DNA of 61,669 bases, counting the filler, from Stramenopiles sp. TOSAG23-6 (lineage: Eukaryota): assembly GCA_900128565.1 (NCBI GenBank). It is 14 parts of 14 records of this genome, joined end to end, with 100 filler letters (N's around TTAATTAATTAA, not from the genome) between each part and the next. Parts side by side here need not be neighbours in the genome. Positions count along the whole stretch, not along the records: positions 48,593 to 52,890 come from LT637202.1; positions 52,991 to 57,284 come from LT637203.1; positions 57,385 to 61,669 come from LT637204.1; 11 more parts are not named here. One strand, 5' to 3'. Below, one piece after another: positions 50,756 to 61,669 of the stretch (positions within the stretch are counted from its first letter, which is position 1; each line of letters starts with the position of its first letter). The notes under the pieces are model-generated. The model did not search any database. It saw nothing but the letters and a program-made list of their open reading frames with translations, and was not told the DNA's origin. Made by a program: the position numbers and the translations under genes.

Positions 50756-51493
50756 ATGAATTCTTCTGTCTCTGGGAAGGAACCAACGCAACAAATGAAG
50801 TCATTGCAACAACACCTCAAAATATTAAAAGATGAACTTGACGAGACTGAAAAATCTGTGTTTAACGCAGAAACTGTTTATTTACAGGAAACACAACTAG
50901 TAGGAAACATATGTCGTGGTTGGGAAGGTTTACTCGATCATCGTACATTAAAAGATAAAGAGCGATTTTCTAAAAGGCACAAGGTTCCTGATCAAGAAAG
51001 ACTTTTTTCATTTTCTTCATATACTGGTGGTTGTAATACTGCAAATATGACTGGTTTCAATGTTATACATTCAGTTTCCCCTTCTCGATCCACTTCACCT
51101 CTTCCTGGATATAGCTCTACATATAAAGCAAATAAAATCTTAAATAATTTTTCTGACTTTAAGCCTATAAAATTAGTAGAAAAAATTTTGGTTGAAGGAG
51201 GAGAGACAAACGAGGACGTTGAGAGTTCAGATGATGCAGAAGACAGTGAAGATAGTGAAGATGCGACAGATGAAACTGAAGAAGATGATGAGGAAGAGTC
51301 CGATGATATTAATGATGATGGAACAGATTATCAAGAAAATACTATTGATGAAGATGATATTGAAAGCTCGTCATCGACTATAAACCCTAACCCTAACAAA
51401 AAAAGAAATCGAAATAGTATGACGTCATCCAACTCAGATGAACCTGTTTTACTTCAAGGGAAACGTAAGAGAAAGCGAAAGGTATATAACTAA
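50756..51493 (+). CDS. EAF6: NuA4 histone acetyltransferase subunit Eaf6
   Basis: EKSVFNAETVYLQET..GNICRGWEG..ERLFSFSS; acidic tail and NLS. Confidence 0.88.
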   Translation: MNSSVSGKEPTQQMKSLQQHLKILKDELDETEKSVFNAETVYLQETQLVGNICRGWEGLLDHRTLKDKERFSKRHKVPDQERLFSFSSYTGGCNTANMTGFNVIHSVSPSRSTSPLPGYSSTYKANKILNNFSDFKPIKLVEKILVEGGETNEDVESSDDAEDSEDSEDATDETEEDDEEESDDINDDGTDYQENTIDEDDIESSSSTINPNPNKKRNRNSMTSSNSDEPVLLQGKRKRKRKVYN

Positions 51494-51789
51494 ACAATGG
51501 ATAGTTTGGGTTTTGATATCCTTTTTTTATGTAAAGAATATAATATTTGACAACATACTTTACAAAAAATATCCAATTCGAATTTGGGAATATTTACAAC
51601 CCTAACCCTCGAGAAAAGTATTTATTATTCATTTATTTTTGGAGTGATTTTGAGATAATTTGACGCTTCATTAATATAAACGAAGTTGAATGAAATTTCT
51701 ACATATTTCTAGATTTGTAATGTATAAAATGAAAAGACTTGTCCAACACTCAGCAACTTTTCTTATTTAATCTTTTCTTCTTTAAATGA

Positions 51790-52677
51790 CTAAGTCCAAA
51801 AAAGATCTTCTTCTTGAATAAAATGAAATATTTGTTTTGATTTCCGAGATTTTTTTTTTTTTGTAGGGTAAGATTTCTTCTTTATATCATTTATATCAAA
51901 CTTTGCAGAATAAATCTTTCTTTTATTATTACCTGGTACTAGTATATTCGGAATTGAACAATCTGTACCATATTTTGTACCTAATGATTTTTGAAAAGCA
52001 ACTTGAAAATTTTGACATTGTACGTCTTCCAAAATATAACTTTTTCTAGCACTTGTAATACACTCTGTATCTAACGATTTATTGAATAGAGACTGACTTT
52101 TACAAGTACTTTTTTTTTTCGTTTTCAATAGTTTTTTTTTATTTCTTTTTTTTTTTGTTTTGTTTGGCCCGATTTTATTTTGTTTTGTACCAAATTTTGT
52201 ACCTAACGAGTTTAACATTGTTGAGGAAGGATCAAATGTATTTTTTTTAATAGTATTTAAAGATTCTGTGATGTGATATCGATTTTGCTGATCAAGTAAA
52301 AGATGTGTTTGATCATTTTTGTCATTCTCTGTGACTTTTATACCAAATTCCGTACCTAACGAATTTCGAATTTGTTCTGTGGCATGTCTCTTAAGGTGTT
52401 GGTGTAAAGAATATTTTTGATTATATATAATATTCTGTACTTGATTGTTTTGGAGCTGTATATGGGATGCTGTATCTTTATCTATCTTGCTGTGAGAATA
52501 TACTTGATGTTTGTTCATTTTTTCTAACTTTAAAAAGTATTTTTGTGCATGCGTCCGAATTTGTGTCAGAGATCTTGTCTTTACAATATTACCTATAAGT
52601 TTCCAATTTTTACCATATTGTTCAACGCCTCTCAAAAATAGTTGATGTTCATGAGCTGCCCAAGTTCCAGAATTCAT
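51790..52677 (-). CDS. SHAQKYF-class single-Myb transcription factor
   Basis: GTWAAHEHQLFLRGVEQYGKNWKLIGNIVKTRSLTQIRTHAQKYF. Confidence 0.93.
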   Translation of the reverse strand: MNSGTWAAHEHQLFLRGVEQYGKNWKLIGNIVKTRSLTQIRTHAQKYFLKLEKMNKHQVYSHSKIDKDTASHIQLQNNQVQNIIYNQKYSLHQHLKRHATEQIRNSLGTEFGIKVTENDKNDQTHLLLDQQNRYHITESLNTIKKNTFDPSSTMLNSLGTKFGTKQNKIGPNKTKKKRNKKKLLKTKKKSTCKSQSLFNKSLDTECITSARKSYILEDVQCQNFQVAFQKSLGTKYGTDCSIPNILVPGNNKRKIYSAKFDINDIKKKSYPTKKKKSRKSKQIFHFIQEEDLFWT

Positions 52678-52990
52678 TTGTAATTCTTGAATGTTACTTT
52701 TGTTTGTTAAATTTTGGCGTTGTTTACTGATGCTGGGGAAGAAAGAGTATTCACAATGAATTTCAATTTTTATCAGAGTATGAACCCGACATATAGTAGT
52801 AAATGAATCTCAATTGATTCAACAGAACTAAACCGTATTGTCTTCTCTGTGGTTATCTCAAAACAAAAGAAACAATTTGTAAATTGTAAANNNNNNNNNN
52901 NNNNNNNNNNNNNNNNNNNNNNNNNNNNNNNNNNTTAATTAATTAANNNNNNNNNNNNNNNNNNNNNNNNNNNNNNNNNNNNNNNNNNNN

Positions 52991-55900
52991 ATTTGCATCC
53001 AGACAAAACTGTCGGAGAAAAAAAATATTTCAAAAAAAAAAAAAAAATCGTTAGGTACAAAATTTTTTTACGAAAAAAAAAAAAAAAAAAAAAAAAAAAT
53101 TAAAAAAAAAATTTCAAATTTTTTTTTTTCAAAAAACATTTAGATAAGAAATTGAAAAAAAAAAAAAAAAACGTACGTGCACACGTATACCAAGTTGAAG
53201 CAGGTCTGTGTCTTTTAATACATTATTTTTCATTAAACATGGTGTTGAGTGTTTTTTGTCACAACACCATTGATACGCTTTTTCATTACTACGGTTGCGT
53301 CTAGACCCCTTTATATCAAAAACTCTATCGGGTACATGTTTTGTTGAAACATATTGAAAAATTTTTTTTACCAAAAAAAAATTTTTGTTAGGTATGAAAT
53401 TTTTTTACCAAAAAAAAAAAAAAAAAATTTTAAAAAATTTTAAAAAATTTTTGAATAATTTTTGAATAATTTTTGAAAAACGGACATGATTTTCAAATAA
53501 ATTTTTCATCACTAAAAAATGCATAGGGTCCCGGGTACCCAATGTAATTGTATGTAAACCACAAAAACGACATAATAAAGAATTTGTACCATGAATCATT
53601 CGTTGAGCATATGACTGCAACCATAAACCGGATGATTTCGTGTCTTTATCTACAATAGGGTTAGGGTTATAATTTTTTGTACCATTTTTTGTACTTAACA
53701 TCAATTCAACTTCTTGAAATGGAATTTTTTTAATTAAAAATTTTCGATCATTTGAATAAAAGAAAAAAGCACCACTACCAGCTTTGGTTGGTGCAACTGA
53801 CATTTGTTGTGAAAAATATGTATCAAATATAGTTGTTATTGTTATTGTTATTGTCTGGATGTAAATTTTTTTTAAAAAAATTTAAAAAAAAAATTTTAAA
53901 TTTTCAAATTTTTTTTTTTTTTTTTTAAATTTTGATAAAAAAAACGACATACATTGATGCTAAATGTCCTGTAAATAAATTTCGTACTAAATTTTCGTAT
54001 CCCACAGAATTAATATATTCAGTTGTGGATATTTGCCACTGTTGGCGTAATACATAAAAAACATGTGAAGCATAATCTTTGAAAAAACAGGTTTGTTCCA
54101 TTTCTAAATTCGAAATTGGTTCAACATTATCTTCTGCTGTACTTATTCTATATGTATCAACCGTAGCAAAATCATATGGCATAACTGGTCTTGAACCTTC
54201 ACATGCAGCACGTCGAGCTCCTATTTGTATTCCTTTCATAACGGATAACATCCGATGCCATCGGACATTTTATGTAAAGAAATATATTTTTTTTTTTTTT
54301 TACATTTTTATTAGGTACAAAATTTCCTATGAAAAAAAAATTAAAAAAAAAAAAAAAAATTCATCACCCAAACACAAAAAAAATTTAAAAAAAAAAAAAT
54401 CATACTATAAAACACATACATCACCAATTGGAATTATTTCAGCCTCTCTTTTTTGAAATATAAACTTTTTTTCCGTTTCTCCTAACCCTAACCCTAAATC
54501 TTCGAATTGTGTATTTGTAGAATCATCATTACTCATCAAGGATTCAAAAATGACGTCATCCATTGGAGAATGATGAGGATACTATATTGTAGAAAAATAT
54601 TAAAAAAAAAATCTAAAATTTTTTGTTAGGTACAAAATTTCGTACGAAAAAAAAATTCATACAAAAAAAAAATTAAAAAAAAATAAAACATACATGTTCA
54701 GTTCCACGTCTTCGTAAGGAACGTCGAACAGATTTCGTGACAACTGTATTTTTTTCATCTACATTTTTTCTATATTTCGTGTTTTTTTGTTGTTGTTTCG
54801 ATTCTTTTTCATCAAAGATAAATTCAAAATCGTCAGTTTTTTCATGATTCATTTGGAGCTCCTCTAATAACATAGTATGTAAAAAATATTTATTTTACAC
54901 TCAAAAATTATCGTTAGGTACATTATATATAATTGTCTAAATACAAATTCTCAAAATAAAAAAAATTCTCAAAAAAAAAAAAAATTCTCAAAAAAAAAAA
55001 AATCTCAAAAAAAAAAAAATTTTAAAAAAAAAAAAAATCCCAAAAAAAAAAAAATTTTTGGGTTTGAAATTTCGTACAAAACCAAAAAAAAAAAAAAAAA
55101 AAAAAAATGAAATTACTATATACAATATTTCAAAAAAATTTAAAAAAAAAATTTAAAAAAAAATTTAAAAAAAAATTAAAAAAAATTTGTTAGGTACGAA
55201 ATTTCCTATGAAAAAAATTATGATGTAAAAAATTACATTGGTGGTGATCGATGAGCACTGCATAACGTTAACTCTCGAGCTCTTTGTAATACCATGTATT
55301 TTGGAAAAATATTTGAAAAAAAAACTTAAATTTGTTAGGTACAAAATTTCGTACGAAAAGCAAAAAAAAATTTAAATTTGAAAAAAAATCGTTAGGTACA
55401 AAATTTCGTATGAAAAAAAAAATTAAATTTGAAAAAAAATAAAACATACATCTGATAATTGTCACGAGAATTTCGACGACTTCGATTTCGTGTTGACCCA
55501 AAACCAAATGTTTCTGTTGTATCATTTGATAGAATTGAACCATTCGTACTGTTTTCATTCAGTAGGGTTAGGGTTTCCGCGGCTGTTTCCCCAACAGTGC
55601 ATAAAAATGTAGTAAATAATTTTGAATGATTTGCTATAAAAACTACATTCAAAACAAGATCTTTGAAAGATTCACATTTCTCAAAATTATACAGTTCAAT
55701 CTGTTGCAAATGTTTTTCATTCTCTGAAATTTTTTTAGACATTTTTTTAGGGTTTTTAGGGTTTTTAGTTTTTTTTTGAAAATTTTTTTGAAAATTTTTT
55801 TTTTCCTCTGAAATTTTTTCGATTTTTTTTTGAAATTTTGTCTTTGAGTGTGGCATTGAAACACCAACAAGACCTCTAAGTACAATCGTACAACCAAGCC

Positions 55901-57034
55901 TAGAATCGCATCCTTCGAAACAAGCATACATGAAATGTTAAGAAAATATATATGTGTTTTTTGTTACGTACGAAATTTTTTTTTTTGAAATTTAAAAAAA
56001 AAAATTTCAAAAATTTTCAAAAATTTTCAAAAATTTTCAAAAATTTTTTTTTTTTGAAATTTAAAAAAAAAAAATTGAAATTACGACGTACATGTCGTCT
56101 TTATATCCCGGAATCAAATTATTTTTTACACCAAAAGAGTGCATTCTAAATAATGAACATGTACCCAGAGTTTTTCTAGCATCGGCTTTATCAACATTGA
56201 ATGTATGATAAATATTGAATTTTTTTTTTTTTTTGTTAGGTACAAAATTTACTACAAAAAAAATTGTAAAAATGTATAAAAAAATATTTCAATTTTTTTT
56301 TTGTTAGGTACAAAATTTCATATGAAAAAAACGTACATGATCTACATATGCCATAATTCGTGCTCCAGTCATTCTAGAGACCCAATTTAAAATTGACGGT
56401 TTCACATTAACAAAAACGGACAAACCTGCTTGATACAATAAATCTAAACCAAATTTCGAAACATTTTGACTTACTAGAATTAAATTCGCATGTAAGGATA
56501 TCATGTAAAAACAATATTTGTCATATTTGAAAAAAATATATTAGCTCATCTGGCTTAACATGTGAAAACAACTGAAAATCTTCAACATTTCAAAAAAAAA
56601 ATTTCAAAAAAAAAAAAATTTCAAAAAAAAAAAAATTTCAAAAAAAAAAAATTCAAAAAAAAACATACATGAAATTTTTGCTACTAAAATTTCTAAATAT
56701 TTTTCTTCTTGTTCTAATAATACATCCAATGACGTCATACATCCTTTTTTTCGTTCAAAATTTATCGGGCAGCTCAATAATGTATTTTGTAAAAATATTT
56801 AAAAAAAAATCGTTAGGTACAAAATTTCGTACGAAAAAAAATTGGATTTGAAAAAAAATAAAACATACATAGAATTTTTGGTCTTTCGATAAAGTTTTTC
56901 ATTTTTCTATGCGACAATTGTTTTCTAAAAATTACACCATATATTGAAAAAAATATTTTTAAAAAATTTGATTTTTTTTGTTAGGTACGAAATTTACTAT
57001 GAAAAAAAAATTACTTATGAAAAAAAATTTAAAA

Positions 57035-57069
<35 letters not shown>

Positions 57070-57176
57070 CGTAGTAATCAAATTTGAAAAACAATACAAT
57101 GAAAAGACTAAGGAATAAAAATACATTGATAACACAGCATTGAGATCGAATTCCACCTGGTATAGTTTTGACCCGT
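52991..57176 (-). CDS. FAB1: Fab1/PIKfyve-like phosphatidylinositol-phosphate 5-kinase (TCP1-like and PIP5K domains), internal part
   Basis: VKTIPGG, GVIFRK..HRKM, PKILLL, QEEKYLEILVAKI, LGTC, FEGC..LGCTIVLRG, FKDYA..F..LR, GSGAFFFYSNDRKFLIK, SLLCRFCG, FDIKGS, LKDTD. Twelve family introns: 56939-57124, 56780-56868, 56498-56668, 56196-56336, 55930-56091, 55294-55449, 54872-55236, 54582-54693 (AG), 54267-54419, 53802-53952, 53336-53485 and 53009-53176 (AG). Confidence 0.9.
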
Positions 57177-57233
57177 ATATAATGTGACTTTTTTTTTTTA
57201 AATTTTCATTTGCTTTGTTAGGTACAGAATTTA

Positions 57234-57284
<51 letters not shown>

Positions 57285-57384
57285 NNNNNNNNNNNNNNNN
57301 NNNNNNNNNNNNNNNNNNNNNNNNNNNNTTAATTAATTAANNNNNNNNNNNNNNNNNNNNNNNNNNNNNNNNNNNNNNNNNNNN

Positions 57385-57935
57385 CGAATTTCACCACAAT
57401 TTAGTTTTATTACATTCGTATCATTTTTATTGTATATTTTAAGAGATCATTTGATGTGTACGTTTTTAAAATTGATTTTTTTACCTTTTTTGTTTTTTTT
57501 CCATAGAAAATTTTGTACTTACGATTTTTTTTAAATCAAAAAAAAAAATATATATTTTTTCACAAAACATCTTTGCTTGGTAGATCATTGTATATTATAC
57601 CAGCATGCCTCTTCAAACTTATATTTTTAATATGGTTCAGAAACTGTAAAGAAATCTGTTGTAATGCACAAAAAGAAGCACACCCTAAACCTATCCCTAA
57701 CAACCCTAACCCTAACATTTTGGATACACACGAAACAATAAAAATTAGAAAAAATCAAGAATATTCCATCAATTTTCGTGTAAATATCATAACATATGTG
57801 ATATATCCTCTGACGTCATTTTTATTAGGTATATGCACATCTTTTTATATCTGTAGTACTTCACCATGGTTATGCTTACAAAATATGATTTATTTATTGA
57901 GAGGCATTGGAAACTTTCAAGCACTGGAATGTTAG
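57385..57935 (+). CDS. Multi-pass membrane protein, 3' part
   Basis: Hydrophobic exons join across GT-AT intron 57458-57570 (DHLM S|LLGR). Confidence 0.6.
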
Positions 57936-58330
57936 GTAACAAATTGTTGTATGAATTTTTCATTTTGGAGGATTTGGAAATATTTTGAGAAAGAATTTTT
58001 ACGTAACGAAAATTGGAAATTTGGAAATTCCGTTTGAAACATTCGAAAATCCAGATATGATAATATCATGCGAGAAGAATAAATATTATTTTCTATATTA
58101 TACATTTGGTTAAATTGCTTTGCTTTGCTGTTGTATTTGTTTTGGAAATTTATGTCACCATTGAGATTTGTAACACGAAAAAGGTGGAAATTTTGAAACT
58201 TCTTTTTAATGTTTTTTGTCGGGCTGTTGGAATATTTTTTTTGACAGGTAGCGAATGTTGATACGAAAGCACTCTCTATGACCACTTCTTCATTGGTTTT
58301 ACAAACAATCTAAAATCCCAGACTTTCACA

Positions 58331-59164
58331 ATGACCCGCGAAACTATCACTATCACCTTTTCTAGCCCTGAAGATTCCTCAGAATCTGAAAACATTGTTG
58401 AGACATTTACAAAATGTCAGCTAAAGTCGCGTGATCCTAACGAAGTGTCCCGTTTTTTTTCCAGGATGAGAGAAACGAATTCTAGTAGCTTCTCGATGTC
58501 GCCAGACATAGATGAAAATCGTATAATGGGTGCAGATCTCATTCGGTTTGTCTGTAATTATGTACGCACAGGCTTGTTAATTTGCCCTGTCAATGTTGAA
58601 GGAGAAGAATGCGTCACAGCTTTAGATTTCTTTGGATTCGATTTTGACATTAACGAGTCAAAAATTAAATTTGACGAAGAAGAGAACTTTGGCAAGCTTA
58701 TTCGCTGGGATAACTTTGTCAAGTCGCTCAAAATGGTTGATAGTGCAGTGAGTCAAATAAAAAAAAAACTCATGGCATCAGACGGTGTACTAAGACACAG
58801 GTTTGTTATATCTCCACCTTGTGAAGGAGATGAAGACTTCACCTTGAGCAATCTGATGGATTCTGCAGGTACTACAGCGTCACGATTTTATTTCGGTTCG
58901 TACAATTCAAGAGACTTTTCCGATGTTCTTGGCACAGAAAGTGAATCGGCAAAGAATGCTCGAGCGTTGCTACTAAGTAAGGTGACAGATTTTCAAGGGA
59001 TTTCGTCTAAATGGCAAAATTTGAGACTTCGTTATCGAAATACTGGTTGTGCCTCTTATCCTGAATTCGAGTACAGAAACTATTATGTTCTTAACATGGA
59101 AGTGTTAGAACCCAGTGTGGCTGAACGTGGAATTAAACGTAAACGCGAATCCATAGAAGATTAA
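58331..59164 (+). CDS. BTB/POZ (KCTD-like) domain protein
   Basis: LIRFVCNYVRTGLLICP..ALDFFGF; intronless. Confidence 0.65.
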   Translation: MTRETITITFSSPEDSSESENIVETFTKCQLKSRDPNEVSRFFSRMRETNSSSFSMSPDIDENRIMGADLIRFVCNYVRTGLLICPVNVEGEECVTALDFFGFDFDINESKIKFDEEENFGKLIRWDNFVKSLKMVDSAVSQIKKKLMASDGVLRHRFVISPPCEGDEDFTLSNLMDSAGTTASRFYFGSYNSRDFSDVLGTESESAKNARALLLSKVTDFQGISSKWQNLRLRYRNTGCASYPEFEYRNYYVLNMEVLEPSVAERGIKRKRESIED

Positions 59165-59338
59165 GATTAAAAAGCTATATAGATAGATGTATCAATAGAG
59201 AATTCAAATGAAAATTGCCATATAAGCTTAGTCGATAGAGTATGCAGATAGAATTATGTAAATCCGCTGGAGTAGCTATACATTCATTAAATTTTATTTT
59301 TTGTTCAATTGATATTTTTGTTCAAATGCTAGTACTGA

Positions 59339-59443
59339 TATACTTCAAAGATTTCTCCGTTGTTTAATTTTTCTATACTTCAAAGATTTCTTTGTTGTTT
59401 AATTTTTCTATACTTCAAAGGTTTCTTCATTGTTTAATTTTTC
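59339..59443 (-). repeat. 35-bp tandem triplication of the HMG gene 3' end
   Basis: TATACTTCAAAGRTTTCT..TTGTTTAATTTTTC x3. Confidence 0.9.
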
Positions 59444-60070
59444 TGTTTCAGCAAGTTTTTGATATGGAATTCTCTGCGCCTCAGTTGTGTTTTTCCACAT
59501 CTTGGAGATTGTTGTAACTTTGTTCCTACTAGAATTTTTTACATTTGATAACAAAGCAAATTTTTCTTTAAAAAAGAAATTGTATGCTGTAGGTCGTCTT
59601 TTCCTCTTTTTACCATTTTTCTTGTCATTCTTTGCCGATGCAGATTTTTTAGATGTATTATTCATATTCATATGGCGAGTCCCTTTGTCGTCCTTCTTAT
59701 AATTTCGTTCATCAGAACAATCTTGAAAATGATCATATTCCTGAACGACAAGTCCGGAATATTCTAGATCAACGTCAACAAAACGTTCATCAGTTTGATT
59801 TCTTTCAGAGGGTATATCATCACTATTTTCATTATTTCGACATTCATCCCACTGAATAGCATCTAAATATCGAATAATTGCCTTTGCTTCACGCACATCT
59901 GCCATTATTCTACTTTGGTTTTTTGATCTTGGGTTGTGCTCTTTTGATTCCTTTTTTACACGAGGAAGTAGTTTTTCTGCATTCACAGGTACCACGATAG
60001 CATCAACTAGGGAAGCAGAATCAATACTCTTTGTTTGTGAATCTATAGGGACTACAATAGGAGGATCCAT
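59408..60070 (-). CDS. HMG-box protein
   Basis: RRPTAYNFFFKE..ISKMWKNTTEAQRIPYQKLAE. Confidence 0.88.
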   Translation of the reverse strand: MDPPIVVPIDSQTKSIDSASLVDAIVVPVNAEKLLPRVKKESKEHNPRSKNQSRIMADVREAKAIIRYLDAIQWDECRNNENSDDIPSERNQTDERFVDVDLEYSGLVVQEYDHFQDCSDERNYKKDDKGTRHMNMNNTSKKSASAKNDKKNGKKRKRRPTAYNFFFKEKFALLSNVKNSSRNKVTTISKMWKNTTEAQRIPYQKLAETEKLNNEETFEV

Positions 60071-60387
60071 AGAACTTTTTCCAACTTTTAAAAGTACTCT
60101 CTATCAAACAATTGCATTGCCATTAAGCAACTAGGGAATGCAATATTCCATTATTTAAGCTTACACAATATGTACCACATGCACACCGTGTCGGTGTTGT
60201 TGTGTTTGAAATCGAAATTTTTCTTCGCAATTTTCGCTGAATTTTCGAGAAAAAAATCGCAAAATTATTTCGTGTTTTTTTCATCATCAATCAAATCGTT
60301 GTTCTCGAACTCGAACGAACTAAATATAACGATATACGAGGAGTTTAACTAATATTTTAGGAGGAGACGCGATTGTATTCATTGGTA

Positions 60388-60699
60388 ATGGCATATTATC
60401 GAGGACATTCCTTGAGAGTGTTATTAACATTGTGCATTGCTTCATTATATTGTAGAGATGTTTCAAGTTTGTGGAACCCTAGTAGCTGGGTGCTTAACAA
60501 ATGGAACGTCGAAGACTGGAAGACCAAAGCAGCAACTGCCACTGGGCAGTATGTTGATGCCACAGTGTCTAGCGCGGGAGAATTCTGCACCATAGCCAGT
60601 AAATGGAGTCTGAATAAAATACATAATTTCAAGGAGAAAAAATTCTTGCAGTCAGTCAGTGCTCTCTATTTTTTTGGAAGTTTTGGAACATCGATCTGA
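60388..60699 (+). CDS. Hypothetical signal-peptide protein
   Basis: Hydrophobic N-terminus; 3' structure uncertain. Confidence 0.4.
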   Translation: MAYYRGHSLRVLLTLCIASLYCRDVSSLWNPSSWVLNKWNVEDWKTKAATATGQYVDATVSSAGEFCTIASKWSLNKIHNFKEKKFLQSVSALYFFGSFGTSI

Positions 60700-61145
60700 A
60701 CATCAACTTGACTCGATCGATCCCTTTCTTTAGGTACAAAATTTCGTACTAAAACCACCCACGAAATGATAAAACGATTGAGCGATACCGGGTAACAGAA
60801 ATCGAAAACGTATTGCATTTTTAATTGTATAAATGTGTCTAAATCATCAAATTTCAAAAATGCAATGCATGTAAAAATTCTGATTGTATACGAAACCAAA
60901 TCTAAATAATAATAATTGATCAGAACCTGGTGTACAGCTCCACACCAAAAACAAAGATGCGACATAACACTGAACAAACCTGCCTGCTCTTGCAAGAATT
61001 TTTGAATTTTTGAATTCAAATTTTGAAATTCAAATTTTTCATTGGACGAAATTTTTCAGTAACCCGTACTACTACTACTAATACCAATACAGATAGAACA
61101 AATACTATCGCAAAGCATACTACTAATCTTTCTCTAGTGTGTGTC

Positions 61146-61669
61146 ATGAGAACTAACATAATATTCCAAGTCATCCTTGTTATTCTCTTTGTACCTGGGC
61201 TAGTGGAATCGAAAACGGAGAACTTGCGGAAAAGACGAGAACATAATATAGAAAAACCTTGTTTCTTTAAAAGAAAAAAGAGCTTTTTTACGCCGAATTT
61301 AAATATATTGTCTACTCCTTGCCAAGTAGAAATATCACATACAAATGAGCAGAAAATGAAGGTTTATCTTACAAATCTTTTAGATTCAAGATATAATGAT
61401 AATACGCCGACACAATCATCTTCAACTAGTGAAGAAAGTGATAAAACGAGTGAAGGGGTTGAAGCGGGTGGGAAAACAAGTAATGTTAAGACTGACAACA
61501 ATATAGCTGATGAAAGTGATATTAAAGCAGCTCAAGAGACAGCGAAAACAGCACTTGAAGCATCAAAGAAGGAAGCTGCAGCAGCTGAGTTACAAAAAAA
61601 AGAAGCAAAAAAGGCGGCAGATGAAGCAATTGCAGCTGCTAAACAAGCAACTGAAGCAGCCGAAAATGA
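61146..61669 (+). CDS. Secreted Ala/Lys/Glu-rich coiled-coil protein, 3'-partial (absent from the ORF track)
   Basis: MRTNIIFQVILVILFVPGLVES signal peptide; the frame stays open to the window end. Confidence 0.75.
   Translation, partial: MRTNIIFQVILVILFVPGLVESKTENLRKRREHNIEKPCFFKRKKSFFTPNLNILSTPCQVEISHTNEQKMKVYLTNLLDSRYNDNTPTQSSSTSEESDKTSEGVEAGGKTSNVKTDNNIADESDIKAAQETAKTALEASKKEAAAAELQKKEAKKAADEAIAAAKQATEAAEN

Overview
AT-rich eukaryotic DNA from a microbial eukaryote, probably a stramenopile (inferred from gene content). The window is not one locus. It is 14 unrelated ~4.3-kb scaffolds, sorted by decreasing length and joined by 13 artificial 100-nt N44-TTAATTAATTAA-N44 linkers, so adjacency across linkers has no biological meaning. 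Recognisable genes: ER HSP90 (GRP94), mitochondrial MetRS, proteasome alpha-3, PEP carboxylase, CK2 beta, kinesin-8, Fab1/PIKfyve and Eaf6. There are also SHAQKYF-Myb, HMG-box, SDR, ankyrin, LRR, CHAT, CRA, BTB, cadherin-like and giant P2X-like proteins. The main discovery is one repetitive family of about 50 short introns (usually 89-190 nt). Consensus: GTAYGTTTT ... TTTCGTACGAAATTTTGTACCTAAC ... AAATATTTTTCCAAAATAC-NN. Restoring the reading frame and conserved protein motifs by hand requires most members to end in AT rather than AG. Of 37 junctions I could resolve, 29 are GT-AT, 5 GT-AG, 2 GT-TT and 1 GT-CT. The family also shows short terminal inverted repeats and a 2-nt boundary duplication, like an introner, and it coexists with an ordinary GT-AG intron. 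Secondary signals: short in-frame TTAGGG telomere tracts inside exons, and strongly over-represented TGACGTCA and ACACGAAAT motifs. All splicing calls are inferred from DNA only, without transcript data.
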